Assembly: GCA_051313645.2 (NCBI GenBank) | Contig: JBNRSN020000020.1 | Coordinates: 98,580,001-98,644,000, forward strand | Source of the DNA: Centroscyllium fabricii | Taxonomy: Eukaryota | Reading direction: 5' to 3' | Length of the DNA: 64,000 bases | Shown: piece after piece, positions 1 to 12,256 of the stretch | Layout of the letters: each line of letters starts with the position of its first letter | Numbering within the stretch: position 1 is the first letter of the stretch | Notes under the pieces: generated by a model | Databases searched by the model: none | Seen by the model: the letters and a program-made list of their open reading frames with translations, nothing else | Told to the model about the DNA's origin: nothing | Made by a program: the position numbers and the translations under genes

Positions 1-408
1 GATAGGAGTAGGCCATTGGGCCCCTCGAGCCTGCAGGGACAGGGACAGGGTACTGGGTTTGGATGATCAGCCATGATCTCATTGAATGGCGGAGCAGGCT
101 CGAAGGGCCGAATGGCCTACTCCTGCTCCAAGTTTCTATGTTTCTAAAGCCCGCAACATCAGACCAGATTTATGGAGTCTCCATAAATTAGGAACGAATT
201 CCTTTGCCAGGATGCTTCTCCCTCAATCTGTGTTCCTTCTACAATCTTGAGGTGTTTTTTTAACAACCCCAAGCCTAGCCTCGTTTTAATCATTACTGCT
301 GCATTGGCCTTCTCCTCTGTTTTGAATTTCGCCTTTATGAGATCTTGCTCTGTGGGCCTTGACCCTTCCTTCAACTTGGACTCTCAAATTTGTGGGGGGG
401 TGGGATAC

Positions 409-1272
409 TTGTAGCAATTAGTATGCAGGTGCAGCAGGTGGTCAGGAAGGCCAACAGAATGTCGGCTTTTATTGCTGAGGGGATGGAGTATAAAAGCAGG
501 GAGGTCTTGCTGCAGTTGTGCAGGGTATTGGTGAGACCACACCTGGAGTACTGCGTGCAGTTCTGGTATCCATATTTAAGAAAGGACATACTTGCTCTCG
601 AGGCAGTGCAAAGAAGGTTCACTAGGTTAATTCTGGGGATGAGGGGCTGACATATGACGAGAGGTTGAGTAGATTGGGCCTCTACTCATTGGAGTTCAGA
701 AGAATGAGAGGCGATTTTATTGAAACATATAAGATTGTGAGAGGGCTTGATCGGGTGGATGCGGTGAGGATGTTCCCAATGGAGGGTGAAACTAGGACTA
801 GGGGGCATAATCTTAAAATAAGGGGCTGCCATTTCAAACTGAGATAAGGAGAAACTTCTTCACTCAGAGGGTGGTGGGGCTGTGGAATTTGCTGCCCCAG
901 AGAGCTGTGGAAGCTACAACATTATTAAATAAATTTAAAACCGAGAGACAGTTTCCTGGAAGTAAAGGGAATTAGGGATTACGGTGAGTGGGCAGGTAAG
1001 TGGACGTGAGGCTAGGTTCAGATCGGCCATGTGATCTCATGGACCAGTTTTCGATCGCCTAGATGGGTCGGAGAGGAATTTCCCAGATTTTTTTCTCCCA
1101 AATTGGCCACTGGGTTTTTAATCTGTTTTTTCGCCTCTCCCGGGTGATCACATGGGTTTGGGCGGGATGGAGAGTAAAAATAAAATTGAGGTTAGGATCA
1201 GATCAGCCATGATCTTGTTAAATGGCGGAGCAGGCTCGAGGGGCCGACTCCTGCTCCTATTTCTTATGTTCT
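409..1272 (+). mobile_element. CR1/HER1 LINE 3' fragment
   Basis: [13 protein letters not shown]...VQRRFTR and RRMRGD motifs; HER1-type 3' tail. Confidence 0.9.
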
Positions 1273-1357
1273 TAACTTATTTTCAGCGAACTTACAATTT
1301 TGGTGACTGGAGTGTGGAGGCTACTATTCTTTAATAATTGCTTTGTTGAATTCGCAG

Positions 1358-1412
1358 GGAATAAAACTGACCTGGAGAAGGATCGGACTGTGTCCGTGGA
1401 AGCAGCAGAGGC
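1358..1412 (+). CDS. RAB21: RAB21-type small GTPase, internal coding exon (equivalent to human exon 5)
   Basis: ttcgcag|GG...GAG GC|gtatgt; 55 nt encoding GNKTDLEKDRTVSVEAAE(A), with the G4 NKxD motif; matches RAB21 GNKIDLEKERHVSIQEAES and joins in frame to the next exon. Confidence 0.93.
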
Positions 1413-1896
1413 GTATGTATTAGGCACTGAATGGAACTGTTGGGGGAAACTGGAGCTGGATTTTACAGTCTCCTGACAGCTGCTGAGGAGTGTGTATGGG
1501 ACACAGCTTTGATATTGGAGTTGGTCTTCAGGGATTTATTGTAAACTGGTTTTTAAGTGATATTTTAATTTTAGCTTAGTGGGTAAATGCAGCACCCAGT
1601 GTGATATTGAGCCCTTCAAATCGTTACTAAGTGTGCAGTCTATTTAACGTCGAGAATCAGGACCGCAAAATCAATCCCTAGTTTGGGGATCTCGGTGTCC
1701 GTGCTGGTAGGGGACGTGAAAATTGGCCAGTTTCCAGTGTTTTCCTACTTCTAATCACTATCCAGTGACCCAGCAGGGAAGTGCATTTGAGCGGATGTTG
1801 AGTGAGGGGAGGATGACGTTTAGCTTTGCGCTGCCCCACCCTTGCAGTCAAACTGTTTTAATTCAACTTTCGAGGAAAGGATCTTAATCTCGGGAC

Positions 1897-2960
1897 ATAG
1901 AAACATAGAAGATAGGAGCAGGAGTAGGCTATTTGGCCCCTCGAGCCTGCTCTGCCATTCGATGAGATCATGGCTGATCATCCAAACTCAGTACCCCGTA
2001 CCTGCCTTCTCCCCATATCCCTTGATACCTTTCAAGAACTATATCTAACTCCTTCTTGAATATATTTAATGACTTGGCCTCAACTACATTCTGTGGTAGA
2101 GAATTCCACAGGTTCACCACTCTCTGGGTGAAGAAATTCTTCCTCATCTCTGTCCTAAATGGCTTACCTCTTATCCTTAGACTGTGCCCCCTGGTTCTGG
2201 ACTCTCTGACCATCGGCAACATTCTTCCTGCATCTAGTTTGTCCAGACCTGTCAGAATTTAATAATTTTCGATGAGATCCCCTCATTCTTCTAAACTCCA
2301 GCGAGTATAAGCCCAATCAACCCAATCTCTCCTCGTACGTCATTCCTGCCATTCCAGGTATCAGCCTTGTGAATCTTTGCTGAACTCCTTCCATGGCCAG
2401 AACATCCTTTCTCAGATAATGCGACCAAAACTGCACACAGTACTCAAGGTGTGGTCTCACTAAGGCCCTGTACAACTGCAGCAGGCCATCCTTGTTCCTG
2501 TACTCAAACCCTTTTCGCTACGAAGGCCAACATACCATTTGCCTTCTTCACTGCCTGCTGCACCTGCATGCTAACCTTCAGCGACTGGTGCACAAGAACG
2601 CACAGGTCTCGTTGCACTTCCCCGTCTCCCAATCTATTGCCATTCAGATAATAGTTTGCCTTTCTGTTTTTGACATCAGAGTGGATAACCTCACATTTAT
2701 CCACGGTATATTGCATCTGCCACGCTTCTGCCCAATCACCCAACCTGTCAAAATCATCCTGGAGTTTCTCGGTATCCTCCTCACAGCACACTCGCCCACC
2801 CAGGTTTGTGTCGTCTGCAAACTTGGAGATATTACATTTAGTTCCCATTCTATATCATTAATATATATTGTGAATAGCTGGGGTCCAAGGACTGATCCCT
2901 GCGGTACCCCACTAGTCACTGCCTGCCACTCGGGAAAGGACCTGTTAATTCCTACTCTCT
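1897..2960 (-). mobile_element. CR1/HER1 LINE RT 3' fragment
   Basis: SGVPQGSVLGPQLFTIYIND and SKFADDT motifs; 3' tail. Confidence 0.92.
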
Positions 2961-3403
2961 CTGCTAAGGATCTGTTCTGTTCTCTTCTGTTGTGTATATA
3001 TTTATGTAACGGAAATACGTGTAGTGCAATCAGCTGCTTCACAAGGACATTTATTGCTAAATCCTGCTCGGAGCACTCTGTATGGACAGCCATGCGCCAT
3101 TTCCCCCTCGCTTGGTGAGTGAAGTGATTGTACTCTGTTTCTGTGGAGAGGACATTGTGTTCTAATTGCGGGAATGGTTTGTCCTGGTTAGAAATTTGTT
3201 TTGAAGAAGGTTGGAAGTTTTCAAGTCTTTAAAACCACACAGCAGCTCAATTAGCCTTTGAAGTGCATCATTATAGCCAGCTCTTTTTTTTAACCTGTTT
3301 TATTTTGTAAACCTGCTTTTAAATCGGTGGGAAATGCGCTTTGCGCTGAGCTATCAAACCACACTCTTCATAAGTCCTGAATCATCTTGTTGCTCTTTTA
3401 ATG

Positions 3404-4052
3404 AAGAGGTTCTCAAACTGGGGTCCGCAGACCCCCAGGTGGGGGGGCCCCATAGAGACTTTCCAGGGGGTCTGCGAAATAATGGGTAAGTGCGGCCGCC
3501 ACATCTGCACAGAGTGGGCTGGCTGTCTCGCCTCGGAGGGGAAATGCCTGAAGGTTACAAACCCATTTAGAATCAATTCCCAAGTTGTTGTTTACAAACA
3601 AAAATCGCAAGTCCTCTTCCCTGGATCAAATGCCAAGGAAGGAAACCACAGAGAGGCTCCGCTTAACCCACGCGAAGAACCCTCTTCACAGCCAATCGCC
3701 GATCTCAGACTGCACGCTATGACGCACAGCAGTGCGTGGCCAAAATCATGCCACCTCTATACAGTTGGTACGGAGTTTCCTTAGCATTGCTACACCAACA
3801 TTTTCAGGAGATATGGCGGTAGAGTTTAAGTTGCCGCTGCTGGGGAGAAACATCACACGAAGGGTAGACAGACTCTGCAGTGAGAAGCAGGCACACCCAT
3901 CTGATTGATATGTTTTCTTAAAAGCATTATTGAAATGCTCTCTTTACACGCAGCACTTTCATATTATGAGTATTCTAATTTAGATGAGGGGTCCGTGATT
4001 ACTAATCTATTTGAAAAGGGGTCCTTCAACCAAAAATGTTTGCGAACCGCTG
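3404..4052. mobile_element. hAT (Charlie-like) non-autonomous element
   Basis: Termini AGAGGTTCTCAAACT...TTTGCGAACCGCTG resemble CAGTGGTTCTCAAAC hAT TIRs; subterminal GGGGTCC motifs. Confidence 0.6.
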
Positions 4053-4120
4053 ACGGAATGTACCTCCTGTCTTTAAACAAATGCTGTCAATTAAACCGAC
4101 GCGAGTCTCTTTGGAACATT

Positions 4121-4978
4121 GGGCCAGAAATTCGGGTGCCTGGGAGTAGCTGCACCCGCACGGAGGGGTGCCAATATGCCCCGTGCAATCATCGCACGGG
4201 GCATGCCCATGGATTGGAGCCTTCCGATGCTGAGGGAGAAGAGGCCTCCGCATGGAACGCACAAAAGAATTGCACCCAAAAATCCCGATGTTTTTGGGTG
4301 TGATTCTGTGCGTGAATCTGTGGGCAACTGGGCCTGAGGCTGCACGGGAAAAAAGGAGTCGTAACCTGTGCGTTGGTGAGAGCAGTGCCTTCCTAAACAC
4401 AGGTAATGGACTTTTTAACCTTTAATTTTAAGTTTTCTAAGTTTTTTGGAGTAATGTGGCCAGATTGCTATCATTAAATTTTACTGTTAAAGTTTTAAAA
4501 AAAACTTAAAAGTCCAAATTTCAATTGCTATACCTATTCCAAATCGCTTATTTTTAAATTTAAAGTTCAGAAATTTTTAACTCTTAATTAAAAAAACGAA
4601 GAGAAAAAATCTCTAAGACTCACCGACATTGAAAAGCTGCTCTGGCCGCGGTGCTCACTGCCGAGTTTGTGGGTGCAGCAGTGGGCATGGTCCCAATAAC
4701 GGCCTCCCATCCCTGCTCTCTCAGAAGTCCGACTGTGAAGCAGGGGGGCGTTTTTTATTTAAATTAGGGATCTGTGGGCGGGGCATCACTGCTACGCACG
4801 CACGACGGCAGCGCATATACTGCGCTCCTAGCGTGGCTGAACTGCCACGCAGCGTAGGAACGGGGCGGAGCCAACCGGAAGGTCTGGACGTAAATATTGT
4901 GAGATTCTGGTGCGGGTGCTAAAGGTGTCCGCTGGGTCCTTGCACCCGCACAAACCGGCACACTGGAATTTCTGGCCC
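4121..4978. mobile_element. PIF/Harbinger-like non-autonomous element
   Basis: TIR GGGCCAGAAATTC...GAATTTCTGGCCC with 3-bp TSD ATT; GC-rich ends and AT-rich middle. Confidence 0.82.
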
Positions 4979-5293
4979 ATTGTGTTGCGGTGACTTTTTC
5001 TTTAAAGAGCCACTTGTGTTTTATTTCCCTGCGCCTGGCTGAGAGGACCCGCTTCCGGGGTGCTGCCAATAGAAAAATAGATGGCTACAAGAGTGGCAGA
5101 AGGGGCATTCTGCCACCTCCACATGATTGCCTGGCTGAGGATATTAATCTTGTGGGTGCGAATCTACTGGACCGCTCTGACGCGCTGTGCCCCCCCCCCC
5201 CCAGGCCCCTGGATTAACGTTTTTGTTTAGTCTTTGACTGATGTTAAAATCTCTTGGCTCATGAAAATTCTTTAAATAATTCCTCCCCAACAG

Positions 5294-5382
5294 GTATGCA
5301 GAGTCTGTAGCAGCGAAGCATTTCCACACTTCGGCCAAAGTGAACAAAGGCATTGAGGAACTCTTTCTTGATGTCTGTAAAA
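5294..5382 (+). CDS. RAB21: RAB21-type small GTPase, penultimate coding exon
   Basis: ccccaacag|G TAT...AAA A|gtgagt; 89 nt encoding YAESVAAKHFHTSAKVNKGIEELFLDVCK, with the G5 TSAK motif. Confidence 0.95.
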
Positions 5383-5554
5383 GTGAGTGAGCATTCTCCA
5401 ACTCTGACTAGCTCTCAGCTGTGATGTGCTTCATCCAATTGTGCCTGTTCAACCTCTCCCACCTCCTTTTATTTTTGAAAGATGCTCCTTAAAACCTGCC
5501 TCTTTGACCAAGCTTTTGGTCTCACGTCCTAATCTCTCCTGATGTGGCTGGTGT

Positions 5555-6158
5555 CATAGAGTCATTGAGTTATACAGCACAGAAAGAGGCCCATCGTGTC
5601 CGCACCGGCCATCAAGCCCTGTCTATTCTAATCCCATTTTCCAGCACTTGGTCCGTAGCCTTGTATGCTATGGCATTTCAAGTGCTCATCTAAATGCTTC
5701 TTGAATGTTGAGGGTTCCTGCCTCTACCACCCTTTCAGGCAGTGAGTTCCAGATTCCAACCACCCTCTAGGTGGAAAAAGTTCTTCCTCAAATCCCCTCT
5801 AAACCTCCTGCCCCTTGCCTTGAAACTATGCCCCTGGGTTATTGACCCCTCTACTAAGGGGAAAAAGTTCCTTTCTATTTACCCTATCTATGCCCCTCAT
5901 AATTTTGTACACCTCAATCAGGTCCCCCCTCAGCTATCTCTGCTCCAAGGAAAACAACCCCAGCCTGTCCAGTCTTTCTTCATAGCTGAAATGCTCCAGC
6001 CCAGGTAACATCCTGGTGAATCTCCTCTGCACCCTCTCCAAAGCTATCACATCCTTCCTGTAGTGTGGCGACCAGAACTGCACACAGTATTCCAGCTGTG
6101 GCCTTACCAGCATTTTGTACAGCTCCATCATAAGCTCCCTGCTCTTATATTCTATGCT
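5555..6158 (-). mobile_element. CR1 LINE 3' fragment
   Basis: [33 protein letters not shown]. Confidence 0.9.
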
Positions 6159-6550
6159 ACATATTCAACCTTTTTAATAATTAAAAATACAGAAACTTAT
6201 TTGTGGAGGTTGGGGGATGGATGGGAAGTTTGTGTTAGTGTCCAGCATTGGAGCTGTGGTGTCTTTCAGAACAACGTTGCAGCTGTCCCAAAGACGCAGG
6301 AAACGTCCAGTGCAGCTATTTTAGGATAAGACGTTAAACTGAGGCCCCGTCTGCCCCCCCCCCCCCTCGAGTGGAAGCAAAAGATCCCACGGCACTATAT
6401 GAAGAGAAGCAAGGGACTTCTCCCTGATATCCTGGCCAATATTTGGCCCACAACCAACACCTAACGACAGATGGTCTGGTCATGTCATTATCACATTGCT
6501 GTTTGTGGGAGCTTGCTGTGTTAAAATTAGCTGCTGCATTTCCTGCAACA

Positions 6551-7126
6551 TGATGTGGAGGTGCCGGTGTTGGACTGGGGTGGACAAATGCAAGAAGTCA
6601 CACAACACCAGATTATAGGACAACAGTTTTATTTTAAATCACAAGCTTTCAGAGCTTTTGCCCCTTCGTCAGGCGAAAGAGAGACTGACTTAAAGAAGGC
6701 ACATATGGGACGATGGGAGAAATCCGATATCTCCCACATCTCACCTTAGCGGAGATAGACACACAAAGGCGTATTAACATATTTTAAGAGTTTCATTTAA
6801 ACATAGCATATATAGAGAGATAACTCTCTCTTGATTGCTTGGTGTCCCTCAGCTGAGGTGTGATGTGAAACAGCTGGAGAGACCACATTGTCATCTCTAT
6901 ATATGCTATGTTTAAATGAAACTCTTAAAATATGTTAATACGCCTTTGTGTGTCTATCTCTGCTAAGGTGAGATGTGGGAGATATCGGATTTCTCCCATC
7001 GTCCCATATGTGCGTTCTTTAAGTCAGCTTCTCTTTCACCTGACAAAGGGGCAGAAGATCTGAAAGCTTGTGATTTAAAATAAAACTGTTGGACTATAAT
7101 CTGGTGTTGTGTGACTTCTTGCATTT
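6551..7126. mobile_element. Penelope-like element remnant: inverted pseudo-LTR pair with hammerhead motifs
   Basis: 233-bp inverted arms at 6586-6818 and 6894-7126; extra tail at 6551-6585; TSD TTTCCTGCAACA at 6539-6550 and 7126-7137; CTGACGA..GAAAGCTT core on - in the left arm. Confidence 0.85.
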
Positions 7127-7318
7127 TTCCTGCAACAGTAACTACGAAAGCACATCATTGGCTATAAAGTGCTTTGGGGAGTCCTGAGGTGGTGAAAGGC
7201 GCTATATAAATGCAAGTCTTTTGTTCCCCTTTTTATCCCCCCCCCCTCCCCGTCTATTAATGACGTGGTCAGTACTTTGGGAGTTCATAAAAGGTTTTTA
7301 TTTTCCCTCCATTTTCAG

Positions 7319-7461
7319 AGATGCTTGAAGTTGCCCAAGCAGAGGAAGCGGCAAGAGAGAACGATCCCAGTCGGGCGGGCAACACACGGCGGGGCATACA
7401 GATCATTGATGATGAACCGCAGCCGCTAAGCAGTGGGGGCTGCTGCTCTGCTGCTTCTTAA
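7319..7461 (+). CDS. RAB21: RAB21-type small GTPase, last coding exon
   Basis: attttcag|AG ATG...TAA; encodes MLEVAQAEEAARENDPSRAGNTRRGIQIIDDEPQPLSSGGCCSAAS*, with the RAB21-typical RRGxQIIDDEP and a di-cysteine prenylation motif. Confidence 0.95.
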
Positions 7462-10400
7462 ACCGAAGCCCCCCCACTGCAAAGCCCGCCGCTTATGCAG
7501 AGAATGAGACTGCAGTGGTGACCGTGGGGCACTGGACAAGGCGGGACTCCCATGAACGAACACAAGCTGCAGGATGAACGGACTGGAGGCACCATTTGTG
7601 GTGTCGCCGGCCTCCGCGCCGAGCTATTGGAAAATGAAGATCTTCCGCTATTTCTGGCTGAAAGTTGTAATTTATTTATTATAGGAAAATAAGTCTTGAG
7701 GGGGGGGAGAAAAATGGCCTCTGCAGGACTTCCAAAGCAAAAAGCCATTGCTCTTGTGGGGACTGGATTGAGTGACAAAATAAAAGCTGCACAAGGCAGG
7801 ATTTAGTTTTGAAGGGATGGTCATGTACCTAGGGAGTAGCTCCGAAGTAATGACAATTTCCTGCTTGTTGTATGCCATCAGTTAATAGCCCAACAGTTTG
7901 GGCCTAACTCGAATATAATCCTTTGCGGTTGCTTGCCCACTGCAGGTGGCACACTACAGACGTTCCTGGTGATGTGGGGTCCCGTGAAAAGTATAGCATG
8001 TGGTGCTTCTCGCTGAAAGGGGAGAACCATGCTTGGAAGTATTTTTTTTATATACACTCCCACCCCCCCCAACACAAACCGATGAGGGCAAGGAGCTGAG
8101 TGCAATGCGCACGCTAGTGTTTTTTTTTGCATTGATTGGTAGATGCGTCTTTCTAGATTATTCTGGCAACTCCCCTACACTCTCCCATTTCAGACCTGCC
8201 GCCTTCTTGCACATTTTATTTTGCTGCCTCTCGGACAGAGATGGCTTGAGTTGGTGCCAATCAGATTTGAATGTGATGCTCGTGTTGAAATATCTCGCAC
8301 TGTGTGCTTTTAAAGGAGTTACACGCCATTAACCACGGAACATGCCGTTTCGACCTTTATCTGATCAGTGTTACAGAAGTTCCATTTTGGAACTTGTCTC
8401 CTCTCCAGCTTCTGCAGTGTGGCCGCCCAAGTAGCTGGCCCATTCCGTTATGTGTTCAACATAACCCCATGTGTCTATTTAAACTGAGCACAGCTATATT
8501 TTATAGAAGATGCTTGCAAAATGGAATCGTGTTACTGGAAAATAGCATGGATACACATTGGTGTGATTCTTGCAGCTTAAAGGTGTTGGGGCTATATCTA
8601 AGGCTTGTATGAAATTTCCCGTGGTTGGCGCCAAGAGGAAGTGCTGTATTGATAAGTGTACTGGAACTTTTTGAAATCTGTTGGGAGCACTTGAGTGTAT
8701 TTACTGACCGAGTACCTACAGTCCTCTGCCCTGATGATTATAGGTAACTATAATTTTGACTTTACTTTTTTATTTATTTGAAGAAACAGAGGATGTGATA
8801 ATCCACAGGCTGTTTGAGATAAAATAGCTACCGCAGGTTATCAGGCTGACATTTTTTGTCTAAATTTGTGTTTTTCATCTGCATTTACAAAGAAATGCCT
8901 AGCTTTAAGTTCAGTTCGGGTATTCAGTTACATTAGTGTGGCCTTGCCCATCAACTGTCAGTTGTATGCAAAATGTCTTTCGCATGATGAAATCCAGTAA
9001 ATATTTCTGGCAGTTATTAGATTTCTATCTCTTGCTCATATAGTCTGCTATTTATTTTAGTCACTTAATTTAAAATGTGACTTTCAGATTTAACTGTTGA
9101 ATTCTCACGTTGCTGTCTGTGTTGTTAACTCCTATTGAGCACAATGTGACTGAACAGCCAGGAGTCCTTGTGGACTGACTGTTCCCCACAACTGGACAGT
9201 TTGTCAGGTTTACTGTGGCTCAGATTTCTTTCATAAGTGCATTTTTGTTTTAGATGTAAACTCTTTCCCGCCCCCCCCCCCCCCCCCCCCCGTCCTTCTC
9301 GCCCTCCCCTTCCAGTGCCAAGCCACATGCTAATTCAGACTGAATAGAGGTCATTGTCTTGCTAATATGGTGCTGTGGTTTAGCAAACCAAGACTATATA
9401 TTTAAAAAAAGTCCCCTCAAATTTCAGCATCTTCGCAGAATTTTGTTGATGCTTTGTCATTTATCTTGTGTGTTCATGTTGTGCTATTTGAGTTTTTCTC
9501 CTGGAGTATAGCGGTGTGAGTAATCACGATTTGGTACAAGTAAAAGTGCATCTGATACACAGTAGATATTGTATGTGATTTTACTTGCTATATTCTCCAT
9601 CCGTTGCTTGGCACAGAGCTGAAAACAATCTTGTACTCTGATAACCTTGAATTTAAGCTAGTCGAACATTGTAACATGGTTTTCTAGGTTTGACTTCACA
9701 AATTGCTGTTGGTGGTGGTAGGTCAAAGGTTGGTTTGCTTCTATTGGGGAATAATGGGAACTCCAACTTGCTGTTTTCTTTCTCTTAGATTAGAGATACA
9801 ACACTGGTTCAATCAGTGCCCTTTCCCCTCAAACCTAGTACAGGCTTAAAGTAGCTTCACATCTAACAAGTTCACTTTTTTTCCCCCTTCTTGGTAACAT
9901 TGCCAAGCTGGCTGTTCAGGCAACTGGTTGATCGTTCAGGCAACTGGTCGATCACTGCATCATATTGCGTGGCAGGAAACTCGTCCGTTTTACCCACGGA
10001 CTAAACTGCAGTCGATCCACTGATGCACTGCTTATAACTGGGTTCGGTGCTATACAAACCTTTTTATCGTGTGCTCAATGTGAGATGCCCGTGACCGTTT
10101 GAGGTGAATTGTATTCTATTCCGAGGTGAAATGAGTAAAGGTAAAATACTTAAATGCACCACAGTAAACTTATGTAATGAGTGACCACAAGGTTGACGAA
10201 AATGGCATTGAGGACTTGCATCTGCTGTAGTAATGATGGTAAATGGACTATCAAAACACTTGGAAATCGGAATTCTGTTTTTGGTGCCATTTGTATAGGC
10301 TTGCATTGAAGTGAAAATAACATTCCCCTCATCAATTTTGGTGAGTTTGTGACAGAAATCTTGTGTAAACAACTTGTGGATGTTGGGGTAACATTTTGGT

Positions 10401-12250
10401 AATGGGAGTACTCCAGTGTCACAGATGGATTATGTAGGAACATTGCTCTCCTTTACAAAGAGGTTTGCTCCAGAATGGATAGTTGATTAAGAAACTAAGA
10501 CACTTGTGATTAATTTGTTATTAAAATATTGTTATGCAGACACTAGTTCTTCAACATTCTTTTAAGAACGACTTGAACTTCTATAGTGCCTTTCACGACT
10601 TCGACGTCCCAAAGTGCTTTACAGCCAAAGTTGTAATGTAGGAAACGCGGCAGGCAATTTGCGCACACCAAGCTCCCACAGACAGCAATGTGATAATTAA
10701 CAGAAAATGCTTTGGACGTGCTATGAAAGATCAGCTTAGTCCCCTGCAACTTAAGTTCTCTACAAAAATTACTGCAATGTCATGGGGTAGCATATACTAA
10801 TACAGAACAGGGAGGGTGCTCTCTGAAAATTCCTACATGTGAGCTGCTGGCTTACTATGAAGTAATTTTGTAAAATAGCCTGATGGTGATCCTCCTCCCC
10901 TCCCAATGTTTTTAAGCGGTTCTATAGGAATCCCTATCCATCCTTGGTAAACAGAGCTTTAATTTACCACACTGGTCCAAATGTGCTTGGTTCAAATATC
11001 AAACTCCACTGCAAAGTCGGTTATCTGCTGCCTTCAATTTTGGAAGTTTAAATGCCAATGAAGGAATATGGTGTGTTCTGACCAGCAAATATACTGTGAG
11101 GATCAAAACTTGTTTTACTCGTAGTTTCTGTGGCTGATTCCATCTATATTTAGGATTCCATTCCAATTAGCAATTGGGGGGGGGGGGGGGGGGGGGATTT
11201 TCCTGGAGGTGCAGGAACCTGGTGGGGATTGGTCAGAGCGGGTTCCTGACCTGCCCGGCCAAGGGCCTGGGAAGCCCACACTATTTTCGCCTACTCCATT
11301 AAATCCCCGTGTGCAGGGTGCCTCTGGTAAGTGCAGCAGTCCAGTCGCCAATTCCGGGTTGCAAACGGCATTCCAGCAGGCAGATGCGGCAATGGTTTGT
11401 CTACAGTTCCCATGGCAACACTCCACTGTGACATCACAGTGACAGGTGGGCGGGCGGGATCGGAATCTTTGACAGCTAGGTGCTGGCTGTCAGTGAATCT
11501 GGGAAGGTAAGTTTTTGGCCACAGCTGGTCTTAACCCAATGGAGTGACTTACTCCTCCAGGGTGCTGAAGGCCTGGGAAGCATTTTGCTGTAGGCCCTTC
11601 AACACCTTGAAGATTCGGGGCGGGGGGGACAGGGCGGCGGAAAATGCTAAAGCGGCGGGGTTCCTGGGGGGTGGTGGGGGTCGCGACCCACCAGTTCTGC
11701 TATTTTGCCGTCCTACCCGCCGAAAACCCTGCCTCACGGGGAGATGAAAATTTTGGCCTTTATGTTCAGTACTAGCTTTCTCTAGACAAAAGCTCATTAC
11801 TTAAACTGTTATAACAAATTAAATTATTGGGGGTTCCAGTTGATTTGAATGCTTTTTTTTTAAAAAAAAAAGAAAAATAACTTTACTGGAATCGGGACTG
11901 AATCCTATTGTGACTATAATTAATGAATTCTCGGGTGGGGGGGGGGGGGGGGAGGGAGGGAAAGAGAGCAAACCCCTAAACTGCTTCCCCCCATAGTTTT
12001 AATGACTAAATTAAAGTGCTTTATAGGATTAGGTGAAGAGCAAGCTTTTGTATATCCTGAATAATGATTAATACGATAGCAACTTGTGTGAGTTTTTATT
12101 TAACAACTATTCTATGGAGATTTTTCTTTCACTGTTTTCAATTAACTAAAGTATTAAAAAAATCTTGTATAGTGATGCACATCACGTGCAAAATACAGAA
12201 AAAGGGCAATTGGTGACGAGAAATAAACAAGCACCAGCTGTTTTATATAG
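7462..12250 (+). other. RAB21: Probable long 3'UTR of RAB21
   Basis: Repeat-poor, U-rich unique sequence after the stop; AATAAA at 7779-7784 and 12222-12227; the end point is inferred. Confidence 0.55.
11176..11758 (+). mobile_element. Poly-G-ended Harbinger-like MITE inside the putative RAB21 3'UTR
   Basis: G-run plus ATTTTCC start; ends GAAAATTTTGGCC; shares the CCATGG..ACACTCCACTGTGACATCACAGT core with other copies. Confidence 0.72.
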
Positions 12251-12256
12251 TTTATT
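12222..12256. terminator. Candidate back-to-back polyadenylation signals
   Basis: AATAAA on + at 12222-12227 and AATAAA on - at 12251-12256, each followed on its own strand by U/GU-rich sequence. Confidence 0.5.
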
